Source of the DNA: Felis catus
Lineage: Eukaryota
Length of the DNA: 64,000 bases
Direction of reading: 5' to 3'
Assembly: GCF_018350175.1 (NCBI RefSeq)
Contig: NC_058368.1
Span: 25,050,001 to 25,114,000 of the forward strand
The position numbers were made by a program, and so were the translations under genes. How positions within the stretch are numbered: the first letter of the stretch is position 1; every line of letters begins with the position of its first letter. This document shows positions 13,191-25,944 of the stretch, piece by piece. The notes below the pieces were generated by a model. The model did no database searches. It was not told the origin of the DNA and saw only the letters and a list, made by a program, of their open reading frames with translations.

Positions 13191-13494
13191 TGTTTTAAAT
13201 TTCCAGGACTTTCTCTGTCACTCCTCCACTTCAAGAATTCTGTGAATGCTTCATGTTTTCTATGGAACACAGTCCAAACAAAGCGCTTGGCCTGTGAACA
13301 CCCTTCGCAATCTCAACCCAACTTACCTTTCTTCTTATACCCAATAGATCTCCATGGCTCTATGTGCTTGTTCAACTTCTGTGAGACTCAGAATCTTGGA
13401 TATTGTGTCTTACCTATCTTTGCAGGCCAAATGTAGGACACTAACAGGGTTCTGAACACATGACCCCAAAACAGGGTCTTGATGTATTGAATAT

Positions 13495-13699
13495 TTTTTT
13501 ATTTATTTTGAGGGAGACGGAGAGAGCATGAGAGGGGGAGAGGGGCAGAGAGAGAGGAAGAGAGGGAGAAGCCCAAGTAGGTTCCATGCAGTCAGGGCAC
13601 AGAGCACCACATGGGGCTCAAACCCACGAACCTGCGGGACCCTGACCTGAGCCAAAATCCAGAGTCAGATGCTTGACCGGCTGAGCCACTCAGGCATCC
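13495..13699 (-). mobile_element. CAN-SINE (older)
   Basis: Reverse head at about 13680-13699; TSD tgatgta(t/c)tgaa. Confidence 0.88.
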
Positions 13700-13732
13700 T
13701 GATGTACTGAACGTTTTAAAGCGAAGGAATTT

Positions 13733-13952
13733 GGGGGCGCCTGGGTGGCGCAGTCGGTTAAGCGTCCGACTTCAGCCAGGTCACGATCTCGCGGTCCGTG
13801 AGTTTGAGCCCCGTGTCGGGCTCTGGGCTGATGGCTCAGAGCCTGGAGCCTGTTTCAGATTCTGTGTCTCCCTCTCTCTCTGCCCCTCCCCCGTTCATGC
13901 TCTGTCTCTCTCTGTCCCCCCCAAAAAATAAAAACGTTGAAAAAAAAAATTT
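13733..13952 (+). mobile_element. Young felid SINE (SINEC_Fc-like)
   Basis: CpG-rich, near-identical to the copies at 34925 and 60104. TSD aaag(c/t)gaaggaattt. Confidence 0.95.
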
Positions 13953-14683
13953 AAAGTGAAGGAATTTGAAAAACACCAGACCTTCCCTCCTCCCTTTCTT
14001 TTGAAATACATCATAAGGCCCTTGGGTGAGAGGTATCCCTCCTTGTTTTCAAGATGGAGGAAGGCGGAGAAGAAAGAAACAGGTCGTGCAAAGATTCCCC
14101 CAGTTTATTACATTCAGCTCCTATCCTTTTGGTCCTTACGTTTCCACAACTTCCCGTCTTCATCAAACCTACCAAAAAACACTCAAGTTTAACGGTTTCT
14201 TTGGGTCTTTATTTTCTTATGAAGGCTCCTATGGCACATAAAATTTATATGAAATAAATGCAAATGCTTTTCTCCCATTCATCTGTCAGGTGAATTTTTG
14301 GACTCAGCCAGGGATCCTAAAAGGGTTGAGGAAAATCCACCCCCCGCCCCCCGCCCCGGTTCAGCACAGTGTCAGACACATAAGTAGTTTCTTAATAAAC
14401 ACTGAGTGTTGTGTCTTCTGCCTGCTTCTCGCTCCAATTCCCCCTTTATTATATATTAAATCTGTATCCTTCAAAGACAACGCAAATGCCACTTCTTTGA
14501 TGAAACTTTTCCTGTTCCAAATTAAATGTTCTCTCCTCTCTGCACTTTGATTTTTGTCTATCATAGCAGCCTCCACTGTCCGTTGTATTATTATGGTCTC
14601 TATTATGTCACTTCTTTGTTACATTCTAGTTGGCTGGATATGTATGTGTCCAGCTTGTTTCCCAGACTGTGTAGAAACCATTT

Positions 14684-14906
14684 TTATTTGCATTTATTTT
14701 TTATTTTTTTCATCTTTATTTATTTTTGAGGGAGAGAGTACGTGAGAGAGAACAAGCAAGGGGCAGAGAGAGAGAGAGAGAGAATCCCAAGCAGGCTCTG
14801 CACTGCCAGCACAGAGCCCGATGTGGGGTTCTAACTCACGAACCATGAGATCATGACCTGAGCCAAAGCTGAATGCTCAACCGACTGAGCCACCCAGGCG
14901 CCCCCC
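14684..14906 (-). mobile_element. CAN-SINE
   Basis: TSD agaaaccattt. Confidence 0.9.
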
Positions 14907-14984
14907 ACCCCAGAAACCATTTGTGAATGAACATTTTAGTATCTATCTCATTCCAGCACTGTGAATTCCTTGTCACTTGAACAT

Positions 14985-15328
14985 AGTACTAAATTAATTA
15001 GACAAGGAAGCCATTAGACCAAGGTGGTTCTAATGCCTTAGTAGCCTTTCTAAGCAAACCCAAACCTAAGCCTAAAATGCCTCAAGGTTAAGAAATCAAA
15101 ACCTAAGGACAACCAAGCACAAACAGCCAACGAGTCTTTCCCGAATAAGGCAAGCACTTAGGCTTGAGCTGACCAAATCAATTTCCTTACTTTGCTTCCA
15201 TCCCTTTAGAAAAGCCTTGGCCCGGTGGGGATGCTCGTTAGCTACTTCCGGTGCGACCCTGCCCAGTTCCAACCTTTTTGCTCAAATAAACTTTAAGATT
15301 TTTAGCATGCTTCAGTTTACCTTTGAAC
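14985..15328 (+). mobile_element. ERV1 solo LTR (MER34-like)
   Basis: CCAA(T)-like boxes and a 3' end ttttgctcaaataaacttt...tcagtttacctttgaac typical of the MER34 group. Confidence 0.65.
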
Positions 15329-17689
15329 CCAAGTAAACACTCAACTGTTAACTGAATGCAGTTGTGGAACAAGTGAAATTGGTCTACTGGGTCATAAAAT
15401 TTATGGATATGTGTTCCTTTACATAAGAACAGGAGTTGTGTGATAGAATCATTAGGATTGGTCAGGTTCTAGTTAAGTTCACTTAAAACTTTCATCCTTT
15501 TAATGTAGCTTTCTTTTCATATTAACGTGTAAATACAGGTAATCAAGTTTTCTTAGGCCTCATTCATTTTCACTCTCTAATTCCCAGACGTCAGTTCTTT
15601 GCAGTATTTTTCTATGTTAGTTTAAGTTTCATCTGTAGTGATGGGGGGGGCGGGGAAATGGACAAAATTATTAAAAATAACGATACAACTATTTTAAAAT
15701 GGAAGCTATAATATAGTTTTCACACTTGTGGCAGCAATCTTGTCCCTGCAAGACAAGGGACAAGGGATTGGTTATCTCCAATCTTGCCCTCAGTCCCCCC
15801 TATGGATGAATGCCAATTCTTTCCATCTGCACTGCTGTCTCACGCATAATATTTATAGTTCATTACGACTGTTCCAAATCATCAAGGGCAAATGAAGGCA
15901 GCACTAAGCTTTGTTAAAACTGTTACTGTGGTTGACCAGTGGCCTAGAACATTTGCCACCATGGGTTGAGCTTCAGGAACTAGCAAACCTGTTAACCACT
16001 GTTGAGCAGTGTTACAGAGATTATTGCTTAATTAATCTTTGTATTGTGCTAATGAGCACATTAAATAGGTTCATCCTTGACTTTGTTCATAGAGAATATG
16101 AATTCCCTAAAGGGCAAATGTGGACAGGCTTCCTATTAAAGTTAGCCATCCAACCAAGAAGCTCTTTTAGTCATATTGAGGTTAAAGGGGCTAGTAGGTA
16201 ATTTTGTGATAAGTTGATGACACTTCTCGTGGCTACGTGTGAGATCTTATTACCATCTGTCCTGAAGATCTTCGCCTGTCTCTTTGGAAAAGAATCTCAT
16301 ATTACAATTCTTAAATAGATACTGGCTTTTATTTTCAATCAGACTCCACAGGGTATAGCATACATTAAACTCACAGCACTTATCTTTAACAAGCAGACTT
16401 TGGCAAGGATGGGAAATAGCACCTGCCAGTGATGTCACTATCCAATCAAAACTCCATTAGGTTAAAACAAATTCTATCCAACACTTCACATAATTAAGCC
16501 AGAGGAAGATCATGTTGGACAGGTGTTTTGGGTTGGTTGGTTGCGTTTTGTTTTGTTTTTACATGGGGGAGGCCTCTTTACTTCCCACTGGCTTATCATG
16601 TGGGGTTCACATGTGGGCAGGAGAGACGTGAGTGGGTCGTGGCTTGTACCTGGCACTCCATGGACACTAGTCACTAGTTAATCCCTAGTGTGTATCCCAG
16701 GACCTCGGCACTGGCTTCCTTTCCCCTGTGAAATGTGCAATAGACCAAATATTCACAGCAACCTGAAAGGACTCTGCTGCTTGGGTGAGGTATGTGCAGG
16801 GAAGGGGATTTTAGAAGCACAGGTAAGGTAGAGATTATCTTCGAAGTGGCTGATAATTGTTGGCCATTAAGACCATTCTCCTGTTTCTATCACCCATACT
16901 CCAAATACCATCTGTGTGAAATTTCTTTCCTCTTTGTCACTCTGTGTGGGAAGAGAAAATTCCTCTATTCATGATACACAGGATGGGTCAGGGGTATTTC
17001 CTGGATCTTGAATGTGTTTTGTGTACATAAGTTGAAAGTTACTTCAATTATGAAAATGTTTTTCCTGCTGTTGGTGCAGAATGTTGAATAAGGCTTTTTG
17101 GTATTTTAACTGTGAAAACAGCTTAAATACTGAGAATTGAAACGAACCTGCTGAGCATAAGTAATAACTGATTTTAATGACTTGAACAATGAGTTCATAA
17201 AATACATTAAAACATAAGTTTAAATAATGAACTCTCTGAAATCTAAGTACAAGACATCCTTTCTTTAAGCTATAATTAGCTTAAGCTGGTTTAATACTTA
17301 TTCAGTTGGAAACAATTTTTAAACATTAAAAATTGTAAACTAAAAACATCTATGTTGAATCAAAAAGACTTTAACCTAATCTTATCCACAAGTGGGCTGA
17401 AATTATATTTTTATTTGAATGAAAATCCCAAATGCCAGGAACTTTATGGATAATATTGGAATGTAATTCATTATTATTTCATAACTCAGATTTTATTGTC
17501 CTGTATGTGATGTAATTGTCTTAGATGCATACCCTGTCTAATACTTAGCATTATGATGTATTAACAATAGACCAGGGAAGTGAAAGTTAACTATTGCCAT
17601 CAATTGTTATTCTTTCTTATGTTTCTGTAATTACAGTCATTTTGTACAATCCTCAGTATTTGGTTGACAATGCTGAGCTTTACGTGAGC

Positions 17690-18226
17690 CTTGCCCTTTT
17701 GTGTTCAAGAAATGGCTGACTGCAAAGAACCCCATTCCCCACAAACTTGGATAAGACTCGTAGATGAACCCCTTGTTTTTCTATGACAAGGCCAGACACG
17801 GACCCTCCAAACTCCCATTCTTTGTCTCCTAAGTGATTAGCTGGGCAGTTTGTCTCCACTGACCAATCTGTACTAAATGTCCACTAATTTAACTGGACTA
17901 AACCTCAGTCAGACTCTTCCCCCTCCCCAACCCCTGAATCCTGACCCATCCTTCGGGCTAAAGAACAAGGAGCCATTCCTCCTTGTATCCCCTCCTGAGA
18001 ATCAGCCTACTGCAATGAAAGTCGTCCCCCGATCAACTATCCAATCATACTACTCATTAGTACCAATTGCCTACTCTTCCCCTTTCTAGCTTGTTTGCTC
18101 CTTCCTAGGATAGAAAAACTCTCTTTTGCCTGACCTCTGAGATGCTTGCAAGTGGCTTGTGATTGAGCCATTCTCTCTACTACAGTGTCTCTCCCCTAAC
18201 TGCAATAGTTCCTTTGCAAGTTGACA
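17690..18226 (+). mobile_element. ERV1 solo LTR (MER31/MER67-like)
   Basis: tgtttttctatgacaaggccagacacggaccctcc and tgcctgacctctgagatgcttgca...gcaatagt motifs; ends ttgaca. Confidence 0.6.
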
Positions 18227-19214
18227 AAACCCTTCCACCTCTATTAGCGCAGTTTTATCCCCTTTGTGCCCTGGTGTGGCCAGAGAGGGAGGCATTTATC
18301 TGGATAGGATGCTGGATAGGAAAAGGATGGCCAGAAAGACTTGTCCAAGGCCAGTGGCGAAGCTAAGCATCTCCTCTTCTCAGGCACACAGCTCTCCCAC
18401 ATTTTCCCACCCCCTTGACATGCAGAAGTGATGCGCGTCACTTTCAGTCCTAGCCCCCACCAAGTCCCATGAGAGCCTCCACATTCTCTTTCCTCAGTCG
18501 TCTAGACCCAAGAGAGAATCCAGCACAAGACCTTGAGACCCTACAGAGCCATGGCTTCACAAGCTGCAAGAGCCCATGTCCCCCAGCCATTGCCCAGGGG
18601 GAGATCACTTGACCAGTGTGTTAAACTGCTGTCATTACAGCAGGGTACCTATCTCGGCTAATAAAGAAGGTCAGGATATGAGTCAACAGAAACTACTTCT
18701 CCCCGAACACCATTTATCAAAGGATGTGAAAAGGCCAGAGAACAAGCTTGAAGTTTATACAACCAGGAGTAGGGCACACATCACACTACAGGATCGTTCC
18801 CCTCTGTGCCCCTGGGAATGGACCCTGAAGCCTGCCCTGGATACGCAGGGCCTCATATGCTCCCACTAGGAGCTCTGGTACCGCTGCCTCCCTCCGCAGA
18901 CTGGAGACTGTGTGGTCACTGCTTCTCCCTTCTCTGCTAAATACATTTCAGGCAGAAGCTCTGACTCATAGAGCCTAGTCACATGCCTGGCCCCAGCCAC
19001 AACAGGAGGCTGGGCAAGTAAGTTTCTTTTACCTTAGGGACAACACAGATTCACTGGGCAGAGAACTCTCCAAACGCTGGAGAGATATCCAAAGATGCTG
19101 AGACACAAGAATGCAAATACTCAAGGTCATCCAAATTCACTTTTGCTCACTGAATGTGGCACTGTTGTCGATGGGCGCCAACCACCATCACCACCGGAGG
19201 GATGGGCACAGGAA

Positions 19215-19370
19215 CTGACACTGGATGAATGACTGCTATGTGCCAGGCAAGTTCCCATTCTGTACCTCACTGAATTCTCATAAACCTGCAAGAAAGCCAT
19301 CAGCAACCTCAGTTTTCTCATGAAGAAAGCGAGGTGCCAAACAATTACCTGGGTACCCAAGGTCAAAAAG
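19215..19370 (-). mobile_element. MIR remnant
   Basis: ctatgtgccaggca...ctcataaacctgcaag...tgaagaaagcgaggt...cccaaggtca. Confidence 0.6.
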
Positions 19371-21473
19371 CCCCACCAGGCTTCAAAGCACATTTTCAGC
19401 CTCTATTGCCATTAAGTCTTCATGTATGCAATACGCTCCCATCAAAACCAGACCAGCGTAGTAAAGAGGAATCCAAAATTTTCAAGGATTCGCTTTTGTG
19501 AAATTGTTATTCGGATTCTGAAGTTAATCTGGTCCTTCTAGTCTCTTGCCCTCCAAACCTCTATTTCCCCCTCACTCACCCTCTACAGTTCACCTCTTTA
19601 CTCCAAATTTCCAGCTGCCTCTCTCTTTTCCATGCTTGCAGAATTTTATCCTCAACTGCTTATCAGCTAATCCTCAATAAGGTATTAGTTGATAATTTAT
19701 GGATCCTGTGGGAGTCATAAAGTCATTGACCCAAATATTTACTTAGTGCCCAATTAAGTACCAAGCAGTATTCCAGATGCTGAGAGTAAAATGTTGACAA
19801 AGGCAAGCTCCCTATCCATATAAAGCTTATAATCCAGCAGTGTTAACAGATGAGCAAATAAAACATTAATCATAAAATATATTTTTACAAAATAAGTACT
19901 AGGATGAAAATTAAAGCCAGATGGAGAGCAAGGATGCTATCTTAGATAAAGTGGTAACCTCTCTGAAGATTAGAGACTTGAATACAATGACGTTAGGTTA
20001 CTTTGCAAAAAATATTTCATGGGTAGTAGTGTGTGTACTTCTAAGAAGAAGCATAAACTGTCTGGATGTCTCTTTTTGTGTGAGGTCAGCAGCCACTGAA
20101 TATTATTGCCTATATCCATTGTTTTCTTACGCGATGTGAAATGGTAATAGTCTGATTCTATCATTCTTTCTCCATTTATAAACTAGAAGCCTTCCGAACG
20201 AGGAAACTTTCCTCATCAATCATTTGATTACCATGAGATGCTATTCATACAGGGAAGGCAAGATAAGTACTTACTCTTTCTCTCTAGTTACCAGTCACCC
20301 CCAAAGATAACAGGGTTTTTTTTTTAAGTTAAAACCATGGATATACACAAATTTGATCTACTTCGGTCCACTTTAGGTATTATTCTTTTTGATGCCCCGA
20401 TTATACCATCTCTGGCCAATGGAAATCTTTTCAAAATTGGCTTCCGAAGTCTTCTGACATAACTTTTCAAAGCTTCCCTATTCTCTAGCGTAAGAAAATA
20501 TTTCAGAATTACTTTGTACATTTGTTGCTGAGACCTAGAATCAGCCATTTCTCCAAAGGTCCTTGTGGTTTTTTGTGGTTGTAGTCGTTGTTTTGCTTTG
20601 GTTTTTAGTGGGAAATGGTATTTATAGACCAAAATCTTGTGTCTGGGCTCTTTCGATGGACAGATCTAGGAAATACATATATTCCTTTGAAAAGGTTATA
20701 ACACATTCTGAGTTCATACTGATATTTACAGTTCAGTTCAGAACTGTAAGTTTTTCACCAAACCTCTCCTATCTTACATCGGTATCTTCATTTCACATTA
20801 AAAATTCTGCTTCCTTCCACTTTTGCCATTTTTATTCAACATAGTACTGGAAGTCCTAGCCAGAGCAATTAGGCAAGGAAAAAAAATAAATAAAAAGCAT
20901 CCAAATTGGAAAAGAAAGAAAAGTGTCTCCATTTGCAGATGGCATACCATTATACACAGAAAACCCTAAACCCATAAAAAACTGTTAGGACTAATCAAAG
21001 AATTCAGTAAAATTGCAGGGTACAAAATCAATATACAAAAATCTGTTGGGTTTTATACACTAATAATGAGCTATCAGAAAGAAATTAAGAAAACAATCCC
21101 ATTAACAATTACATCAAAAAAGAATAAAATGCCTAGGGATATATTGAGCCAAGAAAGTCAAAGACCTATACACTGAAAACTATAAAACATCCACGGAAAA
21201 ATGGAAGACGCAAACAACTGGAAAGATCATCCTTGCTCATGGACTCAAAGAAATAATACTGTTGCAATGTCCAAACTACCCAAAGCAATCTACAGATTCA
21301 ATGCAATCCTTATCAAAATTCCAATGGCATTTTTCACAGAAACAGAATAAAAATATTCTGTAATGTGTATAGAGCCACAAAAGGCCACAAACAGCCAAAG
21401 CAAACTTGAGAAAGAAGGATATGGTAATCAAACTATATTGCAAAGCTGTAGCAATCAGAGCAGTATGGTACTG

Positions 21474-22925
21474 AGTTCCAGTCCAACTTGGCAATAGAAG
21501 ACCCTGAACTCATCTCATCCACTGACACTCCAAATCTATACCACACCAACCTTGGCTCCCATCACCGCACCAGGGCACACCGCTGTTCTAAGCACCCCAG
21601 GACCTATCAGTTTGCACTCACTTCAGCTCCAGCTGTCCTCTGATGGTGCACTCTGTGCAGAGCCCCAGGACTAATGTGACTCATGTTTGCTTTAGCTACA
21701 GCTTTTCTGACAGGGTGCCTCCTGTGCGGAATACCCTAGGACCCATTGGCCTGTGCCCCACCTCACGTTCAGCAATCCCACTGAGATGTCGCTGCCCAAT
21801 GCATCCCAGGAACCCCAGGACCGTACCTCACCTTGTCTCCAGCCATCTTGCCAGGGTGCCTTCTGCAGGGAGAGCCCCAGAAGACTGGCTTGCCCCATCT
21901 TAGCTCAAATTGTCCTGCCACGGTACCCTCGGTTCAGGGAGCTCCAGGAAGGTCCTGGCCAATGCCCACTTCAGCTCTGGCCATATCACAAGGGAAGCCC
22001 CAGCCCATGCCAGACACAGCTCCAGCCAGCCAAAGTCACCAGTCACACATAGTCTACGAGGTGAACACCATACACAAGACCACTCCTTCAAGTTTAGGTG
22101 AAGTAGCTGTTCCACCTAATTCATAGAAACAAACACAGAAAGTCAACCAAAATGGGGAGACAGAAGAATATGCTCCAAACAAAAGAATAAGATAAAACCA
22201 CAGAAAAAAACCTAAATGAAACAGAGAAAAAAAAAACAAAAACAAAAACCCAGGGTTATAATACTTTTATCAGACAAAAGAGACTTTTTTTTAAATTTTT
22301 TTTAACGTTTACTTATTTTTGAGACAGAGAGAGAGACAGAGCATGAATGGGGGAGGGGCAGAGAGAGAAGAAGACACAGAATCGGAAGCAGGCTCCAGGC
22401 TCTGAGCCATCAGCCCAGAGCCCAACGCGGGGCTCGAACTCATGGACTGCGAGATCGTGACCTGAGCTGAAGTCGGACGCTTAACTGACTGAGCCACCCA
22501 GGCACCCCAGACAAAAGAGACTTTAAAAGAAAGACTATTAATGAGATAAGAGCATTATGTAATGATAAAGGGGTCAATCCAACAAAAGATGTAACAATTT
22601 AAATATCTATGCACTCAATATTTGAGCACCTAAATACATAAAGCAAATATTAACAGACACAAAGGGAGAAATTGATAGTAATATAGGAACAGTAGGGCCA
22701 TTAACACCCTTTTTACATTAATGACAGATCATCATATCTAGGAAGAAAATTTATAGCAATACAGGTCTACCTCAAGAAATAAGTAACACCTCAAAGAAAC
22801 TAACCTTACACATAAAGGAGGTAGAAAAAGAAGGACAAAGCCCAAGGTTAGCAGAAAGAAAAGAAAGAAATGAAATAGACTTAAAAAATAATTTAAAAAA
22901 TTAAAATAATTTACTAAAAGAAACT
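21474..22925 (+). mobile_element. Compact, internally deleted L1 (5'UTR, ORF1 start, EN piece, tower piece, A-rich tail) nested in ORF2 of another L1
   Basis: Non-contiguous L1 segments in native order. Degenerate TSD cagtatggtactg (21461-21473) / cagcatggtcctg (22926-22938). Confidence 0.65.
22289..22508 (-). mobile_element. CAN-SINE
   Basis: TSD agacaaaagagacttt. Confidence 0.93.
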
Positions 22926-23747
22926 CAGCATGGTCCTGGCACAAAAATGGACCTGTAGGCCAAAATATGCTCCAAAAATAAACCCACAATTGTATGGTCA
23001 ATTAATCTACAACACAGGAGGCAAGAACATACAATGGGGAAGAGACAGCCGCTTCAATAAGTGCTGCTGAGAAAACTGAACAGCCACATGCAAATGAATG
23101 AAACTAGACCACTTTCTTACACCATACACAAAAATAAACTCAAAACGGATTAAAGACTTCGGTGTGAGACATGAAAATCATAAAACTCCTAGAAGAAAAC
23201 AGGCAGCAATTTCTCTGACATCGACTGTAGAAACATTTCCTTAGATTTGTCTCCTCAGGCAAGAGAAACAAAAGCAAATATATTGGGGCTAGACCATAAT
23301 TAAAAGCTTTTGCACAGCGAAGGAAACAATCAAGAAAATGAAAAGGCAACCTACTGAATAGAAGCAGATATTTGCAAATGATATATCCAAAAAGGGGTAA
23401 ATATCTAAAATATACAAATAATTTATATAACTCAATACCAAAAAACCAAATAATCCAATTAAAAATGGGCAGAGGACCCGAACAGACATTTCTCCAAAGA
23501 AGGCATCCAGATGGCCAATAGACCCGTGAAAAGATGTTCAACGTCACTAATCATCAGCGAAATACAAATCAAAACCACAATGAGAAATCACGCCTGTCCA
23601 AAGAGCTAGAATCAAAAACACAAGAAATAACGTGCGTTGGTAAGGATGTGAAGAAAAAGAAACCCTCATGCACTGTTGGTGAGAGTGTAAATTAGTACGG
23701 CCACTAAGGAAAACAATATGGAGTTTCCTTTAAAATAAAAAATATCA

Positions 23748-23972
23748 GGGCGCCTGGGTGGCTCAGGCTGTTGAGGGACAGACTTCGGCTGAGGTCTTGA
23801 TCTCACAGTTCCGTGAGTTCGGGACCTGCATCGGGCTCTGTGCTGACAGCTCGGAGCCTGGAGCCTCCTCAGATTCTGTGTCTTTCTCCCTCTCTTTCTG
23901 CCCCTCCCCCACACACGCTCTGTCTCTCTCTGCCTCTCAAAAATAAAGAAAACTAATAAAGAAAAAAATTTT
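23748..23972 (+). mobile_element. CAN-SINE in tandem with the next SINE
   Basis: aaataaaaaatatcaggg duplicated before both heads. Confidence 0.9.
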
Positions 23973-23988
23973 TAAATAAAAAATATCA

Positions 23989-24155
23989 GGGGCGCCTGGG
24001 TGGCTCAGCCGCTTAAGCATCCGACTTCGGTTCAGGTCAGGATCTCACGGTGCATGGGTTCGAGCCCCGCAGCGGGCTCAGTGCTGACAGCTCAGAGCCT
24101 GGAATCCGCTTTGGATTCTGTGCCTCCCTATCTCTCTCTGTCCCTCCCCCACTTA
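23989..24155 (+). mobile_element. CAN-SINE lacking its tail
   Basis: Head and (CT)n, then a direct join to the L1 ORF2 end. Confidence 0.87.
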
Positions 24156-24830
24156 CACAGTATATATACACAGTGGAATAGGATTCAGTGAAATATAAGT
24201 CATAAAAAAGAAAGAAATCCTGTTATTGGCAACAATGGGTGGATCTTGAGGGTACTTATAGGTGGAATCTGAAAAAAACAAAAAAAAAAAACGGGATTCA
24301 CACATACAGAGGACAGACTGGTGGCTGACAGAGGCATGTGGTCAGGTGGGGAAAACAGGTCAATGTGGTCAAAAGATACACACTTCCAGCTATAAGATAA
24401 GTCAGTTTTAGGGATATGATATCTAGCATGGCAACTACAGTCAATACCTTTCTGTAAATTTGCAAGTCGTAAGTCTTAAAACTTCACACACACACACACA
24501 CACAATTATAACTGTGTAATGAAAGACGTCAAACTCACTAATCATTTCACAATATATACAAATTTTGAATCATGTTGTACACTTGAAACTAATGCAATGT
24601 TATAGGTCAATTATAGCTCAATTAAAAAATTCTGCTTCTCAACAGTATCAGCATAACTACTTACTTTTCCCCCCAGAAGCTCACATAACCTCAGAACGAT
24701 GATCCCAACGTTACTACGCACAGTATGACTAAAAATGGTTTGCAATTATGTTTTCAGTTTCCGCCTTTTATTATTAACCTAGCTGAATCTCTTTGTCTTC
24801 AATAATATTTTTGAAGACAGCATAATTTTA

Positions 24831-25230
24831 TTTATTTTATTTTTATTTATTTCTGAGAGACAGGGCACAAGCAGGGGAGGGGCAGAGAGGGAAGGAGACA
24901 CAGAATCCGAAGCAAGCTCCAGGCTCTGAGCTGGTAGCACAGAGCCCCACGCGGGGCTCGAACTCACAAACCGCGAGATCATAACCGGAGCCGAAGTCAG
25001 ACACTTAACTGACTGAGCCACCCAGGCGCCCCTATTTATTTATTTTTAAATGTTTGTTTATTTTTGAGTGAGAGAAAGAGTGACCAGAGGAGCAGGGAGT
25101 AGGGCAGAGGATTCTAAGTGGGCTCTGTGTTGATAGCAGAAAGCCTGACATGGGGCTCAAACTCACAAACGGTGAGATCATGATCTGAACCGAAGTCAGG
25201 GGCTTAACCAGCTGAGCCACCCAGATGCCC
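24831..25230 (-). mobile_element. Two tandem/nested CAN-SINEs (about 24831-25032 and 25033-25230)
   Basis: Two reverse heads; outer TSD ttgaa(g/t)ac(a/g)gcataatttta. Confidence 0.88.
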
Positions 25231-25442
25231 TTGAATACGGCATAATTTTAAAATTTTGCTTTGCTGGTCAGCCTGAAAAGCTTGTTCTTTTTATAGATAC
25301 CTTAAACCCATTTGCTTTTACTGATATGGTTGACATATTTCATTTCCTATTGTTTTATTATGTGGCTTCCTATCTTACTCTCTCCAGTATATGTTTTGTG
25401 TTCAGGAAGGTTGGTATTTTCATCCAAAATTTAGCTTTATAT

Positions 25443-25886
25443 TTTTTTCCCTGCTTTTTGACTAGTAACTATTTTTATTTATTTTTATTTTCATTAACTT
25501 GTTTTATTTTTTATTTTTTTTTTAATTTACATCCAAATTAGCGTATAGTGCAACAATGATTTCAGGAGTAGATTCCTTAATGCCCCTTACCCATTCAGCC
25601 CATCCCCCCCCCCACAACCCCTCCAGTAACCCTCTGTTTGTTCTCCATATTTATGAATCTCTTCTGTTTTGTCCCCCTTCCTGTTTTTACATTATTTTTG
25701 TTTCCCTTCCCTATGTTCATCTGTTTTGTCTCGTAAAGTCCTCATATGAGTGAAGTCATATGATTTTTGTCTTTCTCTGACTAATTTCGCTTAGCATAAT
25801 ACCCTCCAGTTCCATCCACTTAGTTGCAAACGGCAAGATTTCATTCTTTTTGATTGCCGAGTAATACTCCATCGTGTGTGTGTGTG

Positions 25887-25944
<58 letters not shown>

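Larger units (their letters stand above)
13445..14345 (+). mobile_element. ERV1-class solo LTR interrupted by two SINEs
   Basis: LTR-like start gggttctgaacacatgaccccaaaa...gaatattttaaagcgaaggaattt; AATAAA at about 14253. Family not resolved. Confidence 0.65.
20814..24624 (+). mobile_element. 5'-truncated L1 (L1MA-like 3' end) carrying nested inserts
   Basis: Starts in ORF2 RT and ends tgtacacttgaaactaatgcaatgttataggtcaattatagctcaattaaaa. TSD aaaaattctgcttc at 20800-20813 and 24625-24638. Confidence 0.88.

Noticed and set aside
15955..15969. Perfect Kozak context gccaccATGG
   Set aside because: The frame is ATG GGT TGA (2 codons); expected by chance.
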